This document shows positions 7,812 to 17,151 of a DNA stretch of 64,000 nt, piece by piece; the stretch's first letter is position 1, and each line of letters begins with the position of its first letter. The position numbers and the translations under genes are program-made. Source of the stretch: a virus (Duplodnaviria; Heunggongvirae; Uroviricota; Caudoviricetes); IMG/VR virus record IMGVR_UViG_3300026382_000007, one strand, 5' to 3'. Below the pieces are notes generated by a model. It was not told the origin of the DNA. It worked only from the letters and a program-made list of their open reading frames with translations, and did not search any database.

Positions 7812-8885
7812 ATGGAAAAACTAATTAAAATGCCATCAATCGGGCAATTTCGCAATGCGGTTCACGACCTACAACATCAAGTAAGATTCGTGGGAGTAGA
7901 TGAGGCTGGTGAGGCTATTTACGACAAGGGAATTCAATACCCTACAGTCGCATTCAAGGGAACTTGTAAGATTCACGGTACGAATGCCTCATACTGCCTA
8001 GATATAGACGGTAACGACTGGTTTCAATCTAAGGGAAATGTCCTTTCAATTGAAAAAGACAATGCTGGCTTTTGCTTCTTCGGCACGGCTCGTAAAGAAG
8101 AATTCACTAGAATGGCTTGTGACCTTGTACTGAAAATAGGTGAACTTGAAGTTGGTGAGCGAACTGTAACACTATATGGTGAGTTCTGTGGTGGTAACAT
8201 TCAAAAGGGTGTAGCTGTTTCAGGGCTTGACAAGATGTTCGTACTATTCGGTGCTAAACTATCACATGCTAATGTTGAAGACGGTGCTGCTGAATGGGTT
8301 GATATCTCAACCATTGAGTGTGACCACTCTAAGAACATCTATAATATCAATGATTTCCCTACATGGAAAATTGCTGTTAATCTAGCTGAACCAGCTGAGG
8401 CTCAGAACACTCTTATCAACCTGACTGAAGAAGTCGAAAGAATCTGCCCTATTGGCGCATTCTTCGGTAGAACTGATCCCGAGTCTGAGGATTACAATAC
8501 AATCGGTGAGGGGATCGTATGGGAATGCTCATTTAATGGGTCTACTGTCCGCTTTAAAGTCAAGGGCGAAAAACATAGTTCTTCAAAAGTTAAAAAACTG
8601 GCATCAGTTGATCCGGAAAAGATGGCGAATATCAAAGAATTCGTTGAATACTCAGTAACTGAAAACCGACTGAATCAAGGTGTTGAACAAGTTTTTGCAG
8701 GTGGACCAGCTATAATTGGTGGTACTGGAGACTTCGTAAAATGGGTCAAAGGTGATGTCATCAAAGAGGAACTTGACACCATGGTGGCGAGTGGACTGGA
8801 GATGAGAGAAGTTGCTGGGCCAATTAGCAAAAAGGCCGCAAATTGGTTCAAAGAATATCTTAATAAACAATCTGGTTTGATCTAA
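7812..8885 (+). CDS. RNA ligase, Rnl2 family
   Basis: Motif I KIHGTN, LYGEFCG (III), FVLFG (IIIa), GEGIVW (IV), RFKVK (V). Confidence 0.85.
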   Translation: MEKLIKMPSIGQFRNAVHDLQHQVRFVGVDEAGEAIYDKGIQYPTVAFKGTCKIHGTNASYCLDIDGNDWFQSKGNVLSIEKDNAGFCFFGTARKEEFTRMACDLVLKIGELEVGERTVTLYGEFCGGNIQKGVAVSGLDKMFVLFGAKLSHANVEDGAAEWVDISTIECDHSKNIYNINDFPTWKIAVNLAEPAEAQNTLINLTEEVERICPIGAFFGRTDPESEDYNTIGEGIVWECSFNGSTVRFKVKGEKHSSSKVKKLASVDPEKMANIKEFVEYSVTENRLNQGVEQVFAGGPAIIGGTGDFVKWVKGDVIKEELDTMVASGLEMREVAGPISKKAANWFKEYLNKQSGLI

Positions 8886-9082
8886 TGAAAGATTTTGAGG
8901 GTTATACTCTTGAAGTTGGGATGACGGTTGTTTTTGCATATACATTTGCAAAAAATACTACACTCAAAAGAGGTACAATAACCAAAGTTGGTATCAAACA
9001 AGCTAACATGGACATGGCTGAGATTGAGCATTCAGGTGGATCTAAGAACCGTGTCATTGGACACAAAATCACAAGGATCTGA
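8885..9082 (+). CDS. hypothetical protein
   Basis: TAATG coupling to the ligase; SH3-like composition. Confidence 0.55.
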   Translation: MKDFEGYTLEVGMTVVFAYTFAKNTTLKRGTITKVGIKQANMDMAEIEHSGGSKNRVIGHKITRI

Positions 9083-9083
9083 C

Positions 9084-9416
9084 ATGAACTATAACTTCAA
9101 AATCAAGGCGAAAGCCTACTTTAAAGACTGTACACATTACGAGAAAGGGATTGCTGGTGTTGTAAGAGGCACTAAATTTATCCGATGTGATCGTTGTATG
9201 TGTGAAATTCATGAGTCTGAGACTAAATTCACGAAATTCGTTGATGGTGAACATGGAGCTGATATGGCCAAGATTTGTTCTGAATATCTAGGGATGAAGC
9301 AATACAATAGTTATTTGAATTTTGAAGCGGTTGATGTTGATGATATTAGTGATGATTATAAAAAATTGTGTCCCGCTTGTTCTGAAGAAATATTTGAAGA
9401 TTTTTATAATAATTAA
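9084..9416 (+). CDS. hypothetical protein with CxxC motifs
   Basis: CDRC and CPAC; AAGGA SD before ATG 9084. Confidence 0.55.
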   Translation: MNYNFKIKAKAYFKDCTHYEKGIAGVVRGTKFIRCDRCMCEIHESETKFTKFVDGEHGADMAKICSEYLGMKQYNSYLNFEAVDVDDISDDYKKLCPACSEEIFEDFYNN

Positions 9417-9445
9417 GCCTACTATAAGCTTATTTTAGGTATAAT
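9414..9445 (+). promoter_or_regulatory. early promoter
   Basis: TATAAT 9440 with two upstream TAAGC. Confidence 0.85.
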
Positions 9446-9469
9446 ATAGTATAACTAAAAAGGATTAAC

Positions 9470-9853
9470 ATGTTAAAAGATTATTCAAGTGAGAGTTACC
9501 CTCTCACAGTAAACGAACAAAGGTTTATCAAAGGTTTCATGGGTGAAAATGGCTGTGGTGCCAAGACTCCTGGAGATTTACTGAATGACAATTATAGCTG
9601 GCAGTGTATTGAGGATCTTCGTACTAATATGAAAGATCTATCAAATCGCCAAATCGCTGGTTATCTGAGCTCACTTCAAGACAAAGGTGTTCTTGGTGTT
9701 GAGGTTCGTGATGGTAAAGTGTTTGAGTCTACTTGTAAGAATGAGGAAGACCTGAAAGTTCTTCGGGATAATTTTGAGGCTGATTTGTACTGGGTTCTCG
9801 AAGAATACCTTACTACGATCCCGAGTAACCTACAATTCGCGGAGGTGGTTTAA
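9470..9853 (+). CDS. hypothetical early protein (possible winged helix)
   Basis: After early promoter; LSNRQIAGYLSSLQDKGVL. Confidence 0.55.
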   Translation: MLKDYSSESYPLTVNEQRFIKGFMGENGCGAKTPGDLLNDNYSWQCIEDLRTNMKDLSNRQIAGYLSSLQDKGVLGVEVRDGKVFESTCKNEEDLKVLRDNFEADLYWVLEEYLTTIPSNLQFAEVV

Positions 9854-10173
9854 TGTTAGTGATTGATATATCCATTAATCGTGAAGTTCGTGTTGAGGAA
9901 ATTGGTATCGTCCGTATTGAGGGTGGTACAAATCCTGATGATATGAACAAATATGAGTTCGGCTTCGTAGAGAATGGTCGTCTAAGTGCTGTTCTAGGGA
10001 CTACTCGCCATCGTTATGGCGATTCAGGACTGATGCTTAGTGCAAAGGTACTTAGCATCCTTAATGACCAGGATATGAGCGGAGAAATTGCTCAGACTCG
10101 TAGAACCGCCCGTGAGCGAAAAGAAGCATTTGAGCACTTTGAAGCGGTTTCCAAAGCTTTGGAGTCAAGATAA
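9853..10173 (+). CDS. hypothetical protein
   Basis: TAATG coupling, GGAGG SD. Confidence 0.55.
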   Translation: MLVIDISINREVRVEEIGIVRIEGGTNPDDMNKYEFGFVENGRLSAVLGTTRHRYGDSGLMLSAKVLSILNDQDMSGEIAQTRRTARERKEAFEHFEAVSKALESR

Positions 10174-10703
10174 TGAAGAAACTCATAGTATCTCTAGCTA
10201 TGTCAGCACTGTTTATTACAAAGGCTTATGCCCTTTCTAAGGAACAACTGACAAACTTACAAATTGCTTATTCTATTGGTAAAATCACCAAAGGCAAGGA
10301 CGGTATGACCTTTGAAAAGGCTATGGCAAGCATGATGTTGACTGAATCATCCGCTGGGGTCAATAACAAAGGTGATGATGGTGCGAGTCTCGGACCTATG
10401 CAAATGCAATTGGCTACAATTCGTGATATGCAAAAGCGGATTAAGGAATTAAGCTGGTTATCAGCCTTGAGCGATAAGCAAATCAAAGAGAAACTGATCA
10501 ACAGTACTCAGTTCAGCTGTATTCTAGCTGGTTTCTATATAAGACATAATTATAATTATGCTGTAAAGCAGAAGATGTGGAATCCTTATTTCAAGTCAAT
10601 CAGCCGTTACAATGGCGGATGGAACAATAAAGAATACTATGGTCGTGTTATGAAAAATATGAAGATAATCAATAAGCTTATTGCTGAAGGGAAGTTGAAA
10701 TGA
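10173..10703 (+). CDS. SLT-type lytic transglycosylase with an N-terminal signal/SAR segment
   Basis: MKKLIVSLAMSALF signal-like segment; TESSAG catalytic Glu, GPMQMQ, RYNGG. Confidence 0.75.
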   Translation: MKKLIVSLAMSALFITKAYALSKEQLTNLQIAYSIGKITKGKDGMTFEKAMASMMLTESSAGVNNKGDDGASLGPMQMQLATIRDMQKRIKELSWLSALSDKQIKEKLINSTQFSCILAGFYIRHNYNYAVKQKMWNPYFKSISRYNGGWNNKEYYGRVMKNMKIINKLIAEGKLK

Positions 10704-10867
10704 CAGTATATTGGGTAGATGTTGATAAACTTGAAATCAAACAAGAGAGTTTTGATGTAGGCAATTTAATGGCATTTAGTGAGGAGATGGATCAAACCCA
10801 TCAGGACGGCTGGTTTGGCAATGAGGAAGATGCTCTTGAAAACCTAAAAGATCTCTTGGAGGATTAA
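10700..10867 (+). CDS. small acidic hypothetical protein (55 aa, below track cutoff)
   Basis: ATGA overlap with the upstream gene; MTVYWVDVDK...LLED fills the gap exactly. Confidence 0.5.
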   Translation: MTVYWVDVDKLEIKQESFDVGNLMAFSEEMDQTHQDGWFGNEEDALENLKDLLED

Positions 10868-10868
10868 T

Positions 10869-11618
10869 ATGAACTGCGAATCAATGAAAATAGAATGTTT
10901 CTTTACTGAACTTGAAAAGGTAAAACCAAAAATTGACCCTGTGATTGATAAAATCAACTGGAGAGAATTGAGTCGCCATATCACTATTGATGAAGCTATT
11001 CTTGATTATTACCAAAAGAATATCAACTGGACCATGATGGGTGCTCGCTTATTTAGTGAAAATGTTGACCTATTCAACAAATACGAAAACCTTGGTCTTT
11101 TTAAGATTGGGGAACTTCGTGGACAACCGTCTTATGACCTATTAATGAGTCGTTTTTACGAAATCCATAAAGACTGTATTAATCCGAACAATTTTAGTTC
11201 TGTCAACACTATTAATATAGTGAAGCTTATGATTGCTGATCCACGATTTACTCCCGAAGAGTTGGTTGAAATGATGTTCAGAGAGAGTAGCATGTTCAAC
11301 CATTCAAAAAACCTTAGAGAGTTGATGCTTGAAACATACGGCAATGACTTCTCAATGAAGTTTTGGGCTCGTGTCGAAGAAGGAAATTCAATTGGTTATT
11401 TTGAAGATTGGATTGAACACGGCAAGGTTCGTTCATACTATGATAAAACTTTACCATCTCACCGTCGTGCTGTGCTTAATCGACTTTCTCGCAAAAGCTT
11501 AGAGGAACTAATGTTCCCAATTGATAAATTCACTCTAAGAGAACTGATTTATCACAATTTCGTATATGACCTGAAAACTATTTTCAGATTTGTATTCAAA
11601 GGAAAATTAAAATGGTAA
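10869..11618 (+). CDS. hypothetical protein
   Basis: GGAGG SD; 249-aa ORF. Confidence 0.6.
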   Translation: MNCESMKIECFFTELEKVKPKIDPVIDKINWRELSRHITIDEAILDYYQKNINWTMMGARLFSENVDLFNKYENLGLFKIGELRGQPSYDLLMSRFYEIHKDCINPNNFSSVNTINIVKLMIADPRFTPEELVEMMFRESSMFNHSKNLRELMLETYGNDFSMKFWARVEEGNSIGYFEDWIEHGKVRSYYDKTLPSHRRAVLNRLSRKSLEELMFPIDKFTLRELIYHNFVYDLKTIFRFVFKGKLKW

Positions 11619-11965
11619 TTGCAAGATTAAAAACTACTGATAATCCAGCTATGGCTGAAATATTTCAGGGAACCCTTGGTAAGCTAGATTTGAACATGAT
11701 GATGTCAATCAGCTTCGAAAGAGTTGGATATATGTCAATCAGTGACATTAGACTGAGCACCCTTACATCTTCAAGAATTGAAAGCATCAATTATGAGTAC
11801 AAGGAAGAAAGTGTGTTTCTCACAGTAGCTACTAAGAATTCAATATATGTTTTTGAGGCTCTATATGATCAAGAAATACCTGAGTTTGAGGGATACAGTG
11901 AGAAACAAATCAAGCGAATAAAGCGACAAAATGAAATAGCGGAGGTGAAGCTTGAAGAGTCATAA
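11612..11965 (+). CDS. hypothetical protein
   Basis: Operon packing. Confidence 0.55.
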   Translation: MVIARLKTTDNPAMAEIFQGTLGKLDLNMMMSISFERVGYMSISDIRLSTLTSSRIESINYEYKEESVFLTVATKNSIYVFEALYDQEIPEFEGYSEKQIKRIKRQNEIAEVKLEES

Positions 11966-12581
11966 AGAAATCAATGATGAACTGGAGACTGTCTATAAAT
12001 GTGAGCCAGTGGAAACTGAGGAATGTGAGCCAGTGGAAACTGAGGAATGTGAGCCTGGTATGACCGAGGCTGTACCATTTGACCCGAAAACTTCAAACTT
12101 ATACCAACATGCTGTTAAAGAACTTCAATGGCTCACTGAAGAAGAGGATGATGAAGATCCAAACGGTGGACCGAATAAATGGGCTTATGATAATATCCTT
12201 GAATTAATTGAGGTTTTTGCTAGACAAGGTCATTCAGGAATGTCTGCTCCTTATGTGATCAACATATTCAAAGAACTTGCTAACTACAAGATAATTGGCG
12301 GTTTGACTGGTGAAGATAATGAGTGGAATGATGTTAGTGAGTATGGTGATGGGACTATGCTTTATCAAAATAATCGTGACTCAAGAGTGTTCAAAGATGA
12401 CTCCGGTGCTTGGTTTTTAGATGGGACTCTATTTGAAGATCCCATCTATCCAGGAAACTATATGTCAACAATAAAATCAAGACATTATATCAAGAGTTTT
12501 CCTTACACACCCAAAACTGTGTATAAAAAGGCTCCGATCTGGAAAAAGATTGCTGCGAGGCTATTCCCTTCTAAGTTTTAA
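11952..12581 (+). CDS. conserved phage hypothetical protein with an N-terminal CEPVETEE repeat
   Basis: QGHSGMSAPY and LTGEDNEW motifs; 24-bp repeat about 2.4x at 12000-12057. Confidence 0.6.
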   Translation: MKSHKEINDELETVYKCEPVETEECEPVETEECEPGMTEAVPFDPKTSNLYQHAVKELQWLTEEEDDEDPNGGPNKWAYDNILELIEVFARQGHSGMSAPYVINIFKELANYKIIGGLTGEDNEWNDVSEYGDGTMLYQNNRDSRVFKDDSGAWFLDGTLFEDPIYPGNYMSTIKSRHYIKSFPYTPKTVYKKAPIWKKIAARLFPSKF

Positions 12582-12727
12582 GTCAATATACAGCATAATA
12601 TTCAAACAAAGGCTTAAAAATGAACTTCTCGGGAAAATGATGTTGGGTCTATGTTCTGTGAACAGTACGGAGCAGAGTTATTCAGTGGCTTTAATACCAC
12701 CTTACAATATATCAATTAGGAGATACA

Positions 12728-13033
12728 ATGAGAAATAAATTTAAGACAAGGAACAAATCGATGTTCAGCTTGGGTCAGAAATCCAAATTCATGATTTCAA
12801 ATAGTAGCGGAATCCTCGGGCTTATCGGTATCGTATTATTCTCCACTGGTATGGTAGCCTTTTTTACATGGTGGCTAGGAGCTGGAATTACAGCTATATA
12901 CAGCTTTGGGCCATCTGGGCTCAGTATTGGTATGGCTTTATGGAATAGTGTCATATATGCCGTTTCAGCACTACTTGGCGGTGTAGTAGTTTTATCTACT
13001 GGAGTAGTATTTATGGTCGCGAGTTATGACTGA
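12728..13033 (+). CDS. membrane protein
   Basis: Two to three long hydrophobic segments; AGGAG SD. Confidence 0.6.
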   Translation: MRNKFKTRNKSMFSLGQKSKFMISNSSGILGLIGIVLFSTGMVAFFTWWLGAGITAIYSFGPSGLSIGMALWNSVIYAVSALLGGVVVLSTGVVFMVASYD

Positions 13034-13442
13034 AGAAAAGAAGCCTCTCGAGGAGACTCTTTTTGAGAAATATAACGAGTTCATAGTATTTGAACTCAAG
13101 GATGTTGACCGCAAACTCATTGAGTTGGTTGGTGTCGTTGGATTCTATCAAAGTTCATATTTCACTCTAAAGAAAAAGTTCGATATCTACAGTAATAAGC
13201 TTGACCGCATGTGGACTGAGAAATACTTGTACTACAAGAATGAGTACAATATCACTCTCAATAACACTGAAATCAAGCAGTTCATAGAAAAGGATCTCGA
13301 ATATTTAGACCAAAAGATGAAAGTCCAAACGGTGAAAACATTAGTTGAACAAGTTGAGTTGACCCTGAAAGGGCTTGACTCTTTAGGTTGGCAGTTGAAA
13401 ACTATCGTTGACTGGGAAAAATTCAAACAAGGAAGCTATTAA
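13026..13442 (+). CDS. uvsY: UvsY-like recombination mediator
   Basis: 138-aa helical protein directly upstream of UvsW; LGWQLKTIVDWEKFKQG C-terminus. Confidence 0.6.
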   Translation: MTEEKKPLEETLFEKYNEFIVFELKDVDRKLIELVGVVGFYQSSYFTLKKKFDIYSNKLDRMWTEKYLYYKNEYNITLNNTEIKQFIEKDLEYLDQKMKVQTVKTLVEQVELTLKGLDSLGWQLKTIVDWEKFKQGSY

Positions 13443-15130
13443 TGGAGATTTATGACCTGAATGAGTCCCACTCAATCGTTGATTTCAGTGACATGGACCC
13501 TGATGAAAGTTTAGCTATAAAACTTGAGATGATGGAATCACTGTCAGTGTTTGTTGAGGGTTACAAATTCATGCCCTCATATAGAGCTGGTGTATTTGAC
13601 GGTAAAAGGCATTTCTTTGAGATGACTCCTGAAATGAATATCAAGATCCCAAAAGGGTTGGTTGAAGTTGTAATCAAGAAATTCGGTAAGTATTTGATCG
13701 AGGACTATGTCCCTATTAAAGAGGCTCCGTCCGTTACACTTGAAACTCTGAATGAGATTGTTGCTGAATTGAATTTACCCTTTCCACCATACGATTATCA
13801 GCTTAATGCTGTATATATTGCCCTGAACCAGCCTCGAAAGGTGCTCGTTGCGGCAACTGGTGCTGGTAAATCACTAATCCTGTACATAATGATGCATGCT
13901 TGGCAGTCACTCGGTTTGAAAGGGTTATTAATCGTTCCGAATATCGGGTTGGCCGAACAGATGAGGTCTGACTTCATAGATTATAGTAAGAATTATCCTG
14001 ACCCTGAGAAAGTGGTTGATGAATATCTTCACTTGGTCTATGGTGGTAAAGAAAAACACTTTGATAAGCCTATGACAATTAGTACATGGCAATCAGCTAT
14101 TCGTATGAAAAAAGACGGATTCCTTGGTCTTGGGTATGTTGCTATTGACGAGGCTCACTTGGCGACAGGTGATTCACTCCAACACCTACTTGAAATTAGC
14201 TCAAATTGTCAATATAAAATTGGCTTGACTGGGACACTTCCTACTAATCATGAGCATAGATTTACTCTTGCTGCTACATTAGGGAAGTCTGAGCAAATAA
14301 TCAATCCTCAAGGATTGATTGAAAGGGGATTAGCTACACCAGTACAGATCAACATGTGGTATTTGAACTATTCTGAAGATGAGAAAAAACTCGTTAAGCG
14401 AATGAATTACCAAAAAGAGATGAAATTCGTTGAGGAGCATTTTGCTCGTAACAACTTCATTGCTAAATTGGCTATTGGTGCGACTAAGAAATTTGGGAAT
14501 ACTCTAGTGCTCTATAATACGATTTCACATGGTGAATTCTTATTGACACTGATACTACAGAACAAATTCGGTATTGACTCCGCATATGTCCTTGAGAAGT
14601 GTACTCCTATGCAAGTCAAGAAGTGTTTTGAGGCTGAACCTGAGAAAATATTCACTACTAATCCATTGACCCCTAAGGACAAGAAAGCATTATCAAAGCA
14701 TTTCAGTGCTAAGGAGATTGAGGAAAGATTTGATACTTTAGTTAAGTACAATATCTATCTTATCAAGGGATCAGTAGAGGGTGATATCAGAAATGACATC
14801 AGGGCTTATGTTGAAAATGCTGATGAGGCTATTGTCATTGCGACATATGGTACTGCCTCAACTGGACTGAATATTAAGCGGTTACATAATATCTTTATGA
14901 CCTCAAGCACTAAATCATCAGTCCGTCTTAGGCAGTCAACTGGTCGTGGTATGCGACTACATGGCGATAAAGACATGATGAGATTATTTGATTTCGTTGA
15001 TGATTTCAGTAAAAAGCTAAAGAACGGTAAGGTACAAAATAAGAATTACATCCTCAAGCACTCATTTGAACGACTTGAAAGCTATTTCAAGGATGGATTC
15101 CCTATTATTGAAAAGGAAATTGACATTTAG
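13442..15130 (+). CDS. uvsW: UvsW-like SF2 DNA helicase
   Basis: PYDYQ, ATGAGKS, DEAH, GLTGT, STGLNIKRLHN, RQSTGRGMR. Confidence 0.9.
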   Translation: MEIYDLNESHSIVDFSDMDPDESLAIKLEMMESLSVFVEGYKFMPSYRAGVFDGKRHFFEMTPEMNIKIPKGLVEVVIKKFGKYLIEDYVPIKEAPSVTLETLNEIVAELNLPFPPYDYQLNAVYIALNQPRKVLVAATGAGKSLILYIMMHAWQSLGLKGLLIVPNIGLAEQMRSDFIDYSKNYPDPEKVVDEYLHLVYGGKEKHFDKPMTISTWQSAIRMKKDGFLGLGYVAIDEAHLATGDSLQHLLEISSNCQYKIGLTGTLPTNHEHRFTLAATLGKSEQIINPQGLIERGLATPVQINMWYLNYSEDEKKLVKRMNYQKEMKFVEEHFARNNFIAKLAIGATKKFGNTLVLYNTISHGEFLLTLILQNKFGIDSAYVLEKCTPMQVKKCFEAEPEKIFTTNPLTPKDKKALSKHFSAKEIEERFDTLVKYNIYLIKGSVEGDIRNDIRAYVENADEAIVIATYGTASTGLNIKRLHNIFMTSSTKSSVRLRQSTGRGMRLHGDKDMMRLFDFVDDFSKKLKNGKVQNKNYILKHSFERLESYFKDGFPIIEKEIDI

Positions 15131-15138
15131 ACAGTTTT

Positions 15139-15170
15139 TAAGTTGTTTTTAAGTTGTTTTCAGGTATAAT
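15139..15170 (+). promoter_or_regulatory. early promoter
   Basis: TATAAT 15165. Confidence 0.85.
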
Positions 15171-15198
15171 ATAGTATCTTAAAAGTAAAAGGACTTAA

Positions 15199-15780
15199 AT
15201 GAAAATCATATTTTCAACCGCCTTGCAAAAGTTGATATGGGATAAGTGTATTATCCCACAAATCGACACTGGTGTTTGGGCAAACTCAAATATGCACAAT
15301 AAGATGGTTTGGTTAAGAGCTGACACTTATTCAACGGATAACACTCATGCCGGAACTGATATTCCAAAGTTTGAGACTCGTTATGACTTTTTCAAGGATG
15401 AATTCCTATTTGTTCATGGCTGGTCTATAATTGCCTATATCCGTGTTCACTACTCGTACAATGCTAAGGTATCAGTTTCTATTCCAGAGTCCGTGAGGGA
15501 TCTAATAGAGCATATCATAGCCATTGACGACCGTGATCAGAATAAAGACTACAGAATATCTCAAGTACGAAGTGTTTCTGAAATGAAATGCCGAGTTCAG
15601 GGATATAATACTGATGCCCAAAAGCGGTTTTCAAAATTGGTTCTTGATGCTAAGTCTAAGGGATTTGAACTTAAAGATATAATCTCAGTCCTGAAGATTG
15701 AGTGTTATGACAAGCGGTCTTTAAATCGTGATATTCAAGTAATGATAAAAGATTTAAAAACTAAGCTTGTATTAAGCTAG
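15199..15780 (+). CDS. hypothetical early protein
   Basis: After early promoter plus AAAGGA SD. Confidence 0.6.
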   Translation: MKIIFSTALQKLIWDKCIIPQIDTGVWANSNMHNKMVWLRADTYSTDNTHAGTDIPKFETRYDFFKDEFLFVHGWSIIAYIRVHYSYNAKVSVSIPESVRDLIEHIIAIDDRDQNKDYRISQVRSVSEMKCRVQGYNTDAQKRFSKLVLDAKSKGFELKDIISVLKIECYDKRSLNRDIQVMIKDLKTKLVLS

Positions 15781-15793
15781 ATTACGGTATAAT
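15762..15793 (+). promoter_or_regulatory. early promoter (no ORF follows)
   Basis: TATAAT 15788. Confidence 0.8.
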
Positions 15794-15853
15794 ATACTTA
15801 TAAACAAATACAACGGTCGGACTTTTAAAAAGTTTTAAAACATGACTTAAATT

Positions 15854-15885
15854 TAAGCTTAATCTAAGCAAAGTTACGGTATAAT
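15854..15885 (+). promoter_or_regulatory. early promoter
   Basis: TATAAT 15880. Confidence 0.85.
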
Positions 15886-15914
15886 TACTGTAACTTAAAA
15901 CTAAAAGGTAAAAT

Positions 15915-16226
15915 ATGCAAATCTCTGCTAATGTAATTCTTGACTTCCGTAACGAACTTGTGGCATATGCTAAATCACTTCAAACTGAGGCTCTTTCAGT
16001 TTCTCCTGTTAATTCAGCTATGGCTGATGCACTTGGTGGTATCGCTGAAGAAATCGAGCTCGCTCCTTCAAATTCAACGAACATGAATACTATCTGTGAG
16101 AAATACATTCAAATCTTCGCTGATGACATGAAAATCAAAGGTGCTGATCGTTACCTTGCTGCTCGTATAGCTAAAGAAATGGTTCCAAAAGTGCTAGCAG
16201 ATGTAATGTTAGAGATCGAAGACTAA
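15915..16226 (+). CDS. hypothetical early protein
   Basis: After early promoter; codon use typical of highly expressed genes. Confidence 0.6.
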   Translation: MQISANVILDFRNELVAYAKSLQTEALSVSPVNSAMADALGGIAEEIELAPSNSTNMNTICEKYIQIFADDMKIKGADRYLAARIAKEMVPKVLADVMLEIED

Positions 16227-16250
16227 TCCAAACCAAAACAAGGAAAATTA

Positions 16251-16937
16251 ATGTTAAATGAAAATACGAGGAAAGTGCTCAAATCACTCACTTCTGTGTC
16301 TGGCTCAGCCATTCTAAGATATCCAATATCAACTGTGTCTCAAAAGGACAAGAGTTTGATCGCATTCGTCGATCTAGAGGCTTTAGATGAGGCTGAGTTT
16401 GGTGAATTCGGTGTGAGTTACCTGAGTGACCTATTAAGTCTTATTGACTTTTATGATGATGCTAATATTGAGATCAATGCTGGTATCATCGACATTAAGA
16501 CTGAAACTTCTCATCAGAGATATCGTACAACTGAACTTGATATGATGAAAGCATTTGATGTTAGTCCTAAGATTCTTGATAATCTACTGGCTGAAACACC
16601 TCAAATCCGCTTCGATATCTCAAAAGACGAGCTTGACCGCTATAAGAAGATTGCTTCTTTAGTGAAATCTGAGTATTTCGTAGTTCAGGACGGTAGTATC
16701 ACTGTTTGTAAGCTTGATGCGACAAATACCTTACTTGATGAGTCTACAACTGACCATATCATGGATGCTTCGACTGAAGATCGTGTTGCCTTTGCCATGA
16801 CAAATATCGATAAGATCCCGTCTGGTAGTTATGAAGTTTCATTGATCAAAAATCCTAAATCTGGTAATTATATCAGCCTTTGGACTAGTGAAAATGATCC
16901 GTTCAAAATCGTGGTATCAGTAGCGAAGACTTTCTAA
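16251..16937 (+). CDS. 45: sliding clamp (gp45-like)
   Basis: 228 aa; begins MLNENTRKVLKSLTSVS, like the gp45 N-terminus; FGVSYLSDLLSLI; next to gp32. Confidence 0.65.
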   Translation: MLNENTRKVLKSLTSVSGSAILRYPISTVSQKDKSLIAFVDLEALDEAEFGEFGVSYLSDLLSLIDFYDDANIEINAGIIDIKTETSHQRYRTTELDMMKAFDVSPKILDNLLAETPQIRFDISKDELDRYKKIASLVKSEYFVVQDGSITVCKLDATNTLLDESTTDHIMDASTEDRVAFAMTNIDKIPSGSYEVSLIKNPKSGNYISLWTSENDPFKIVVSVAKTF

Positions 16938-16986
16938 AAAGTCTACTTTTTAGGCTTGATAAGGTGGCTTTTTAGTCACTTAGTCA

Positions 16987-16993
16987 TTAAATA
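16987..16993 (+). promoter_or_regulatory. late promoter TTAAATA
   Basis: Intergenic, upstream of a mini-ORF and gp32. Confidence 0.55.
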
Positions 16994-17151
16994 GCTATAA
17001 GGAGAAACAATGAAAAAAGTTATGGCATAGACTGTAATTTACACAGATATCTAGGAAAATAGTTTGGGCTTTCAAGTCTACTTGAATGTCCTACACAATA
17101 CGAAAATATAAAAATATTACGCAAAATAAAAACGAAAATAAGGAACTAAAT

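Noticed and set aside
17010-17110. TAG recoding (alternative genetic code) suggested by mini-ORFs ending in TAG
   Set aside because: Many long conserved genes end cleanly at TAG (for example UvsW, primase-nested ORF, MCP-module genes) and none is interrupted by in-frame TAG.
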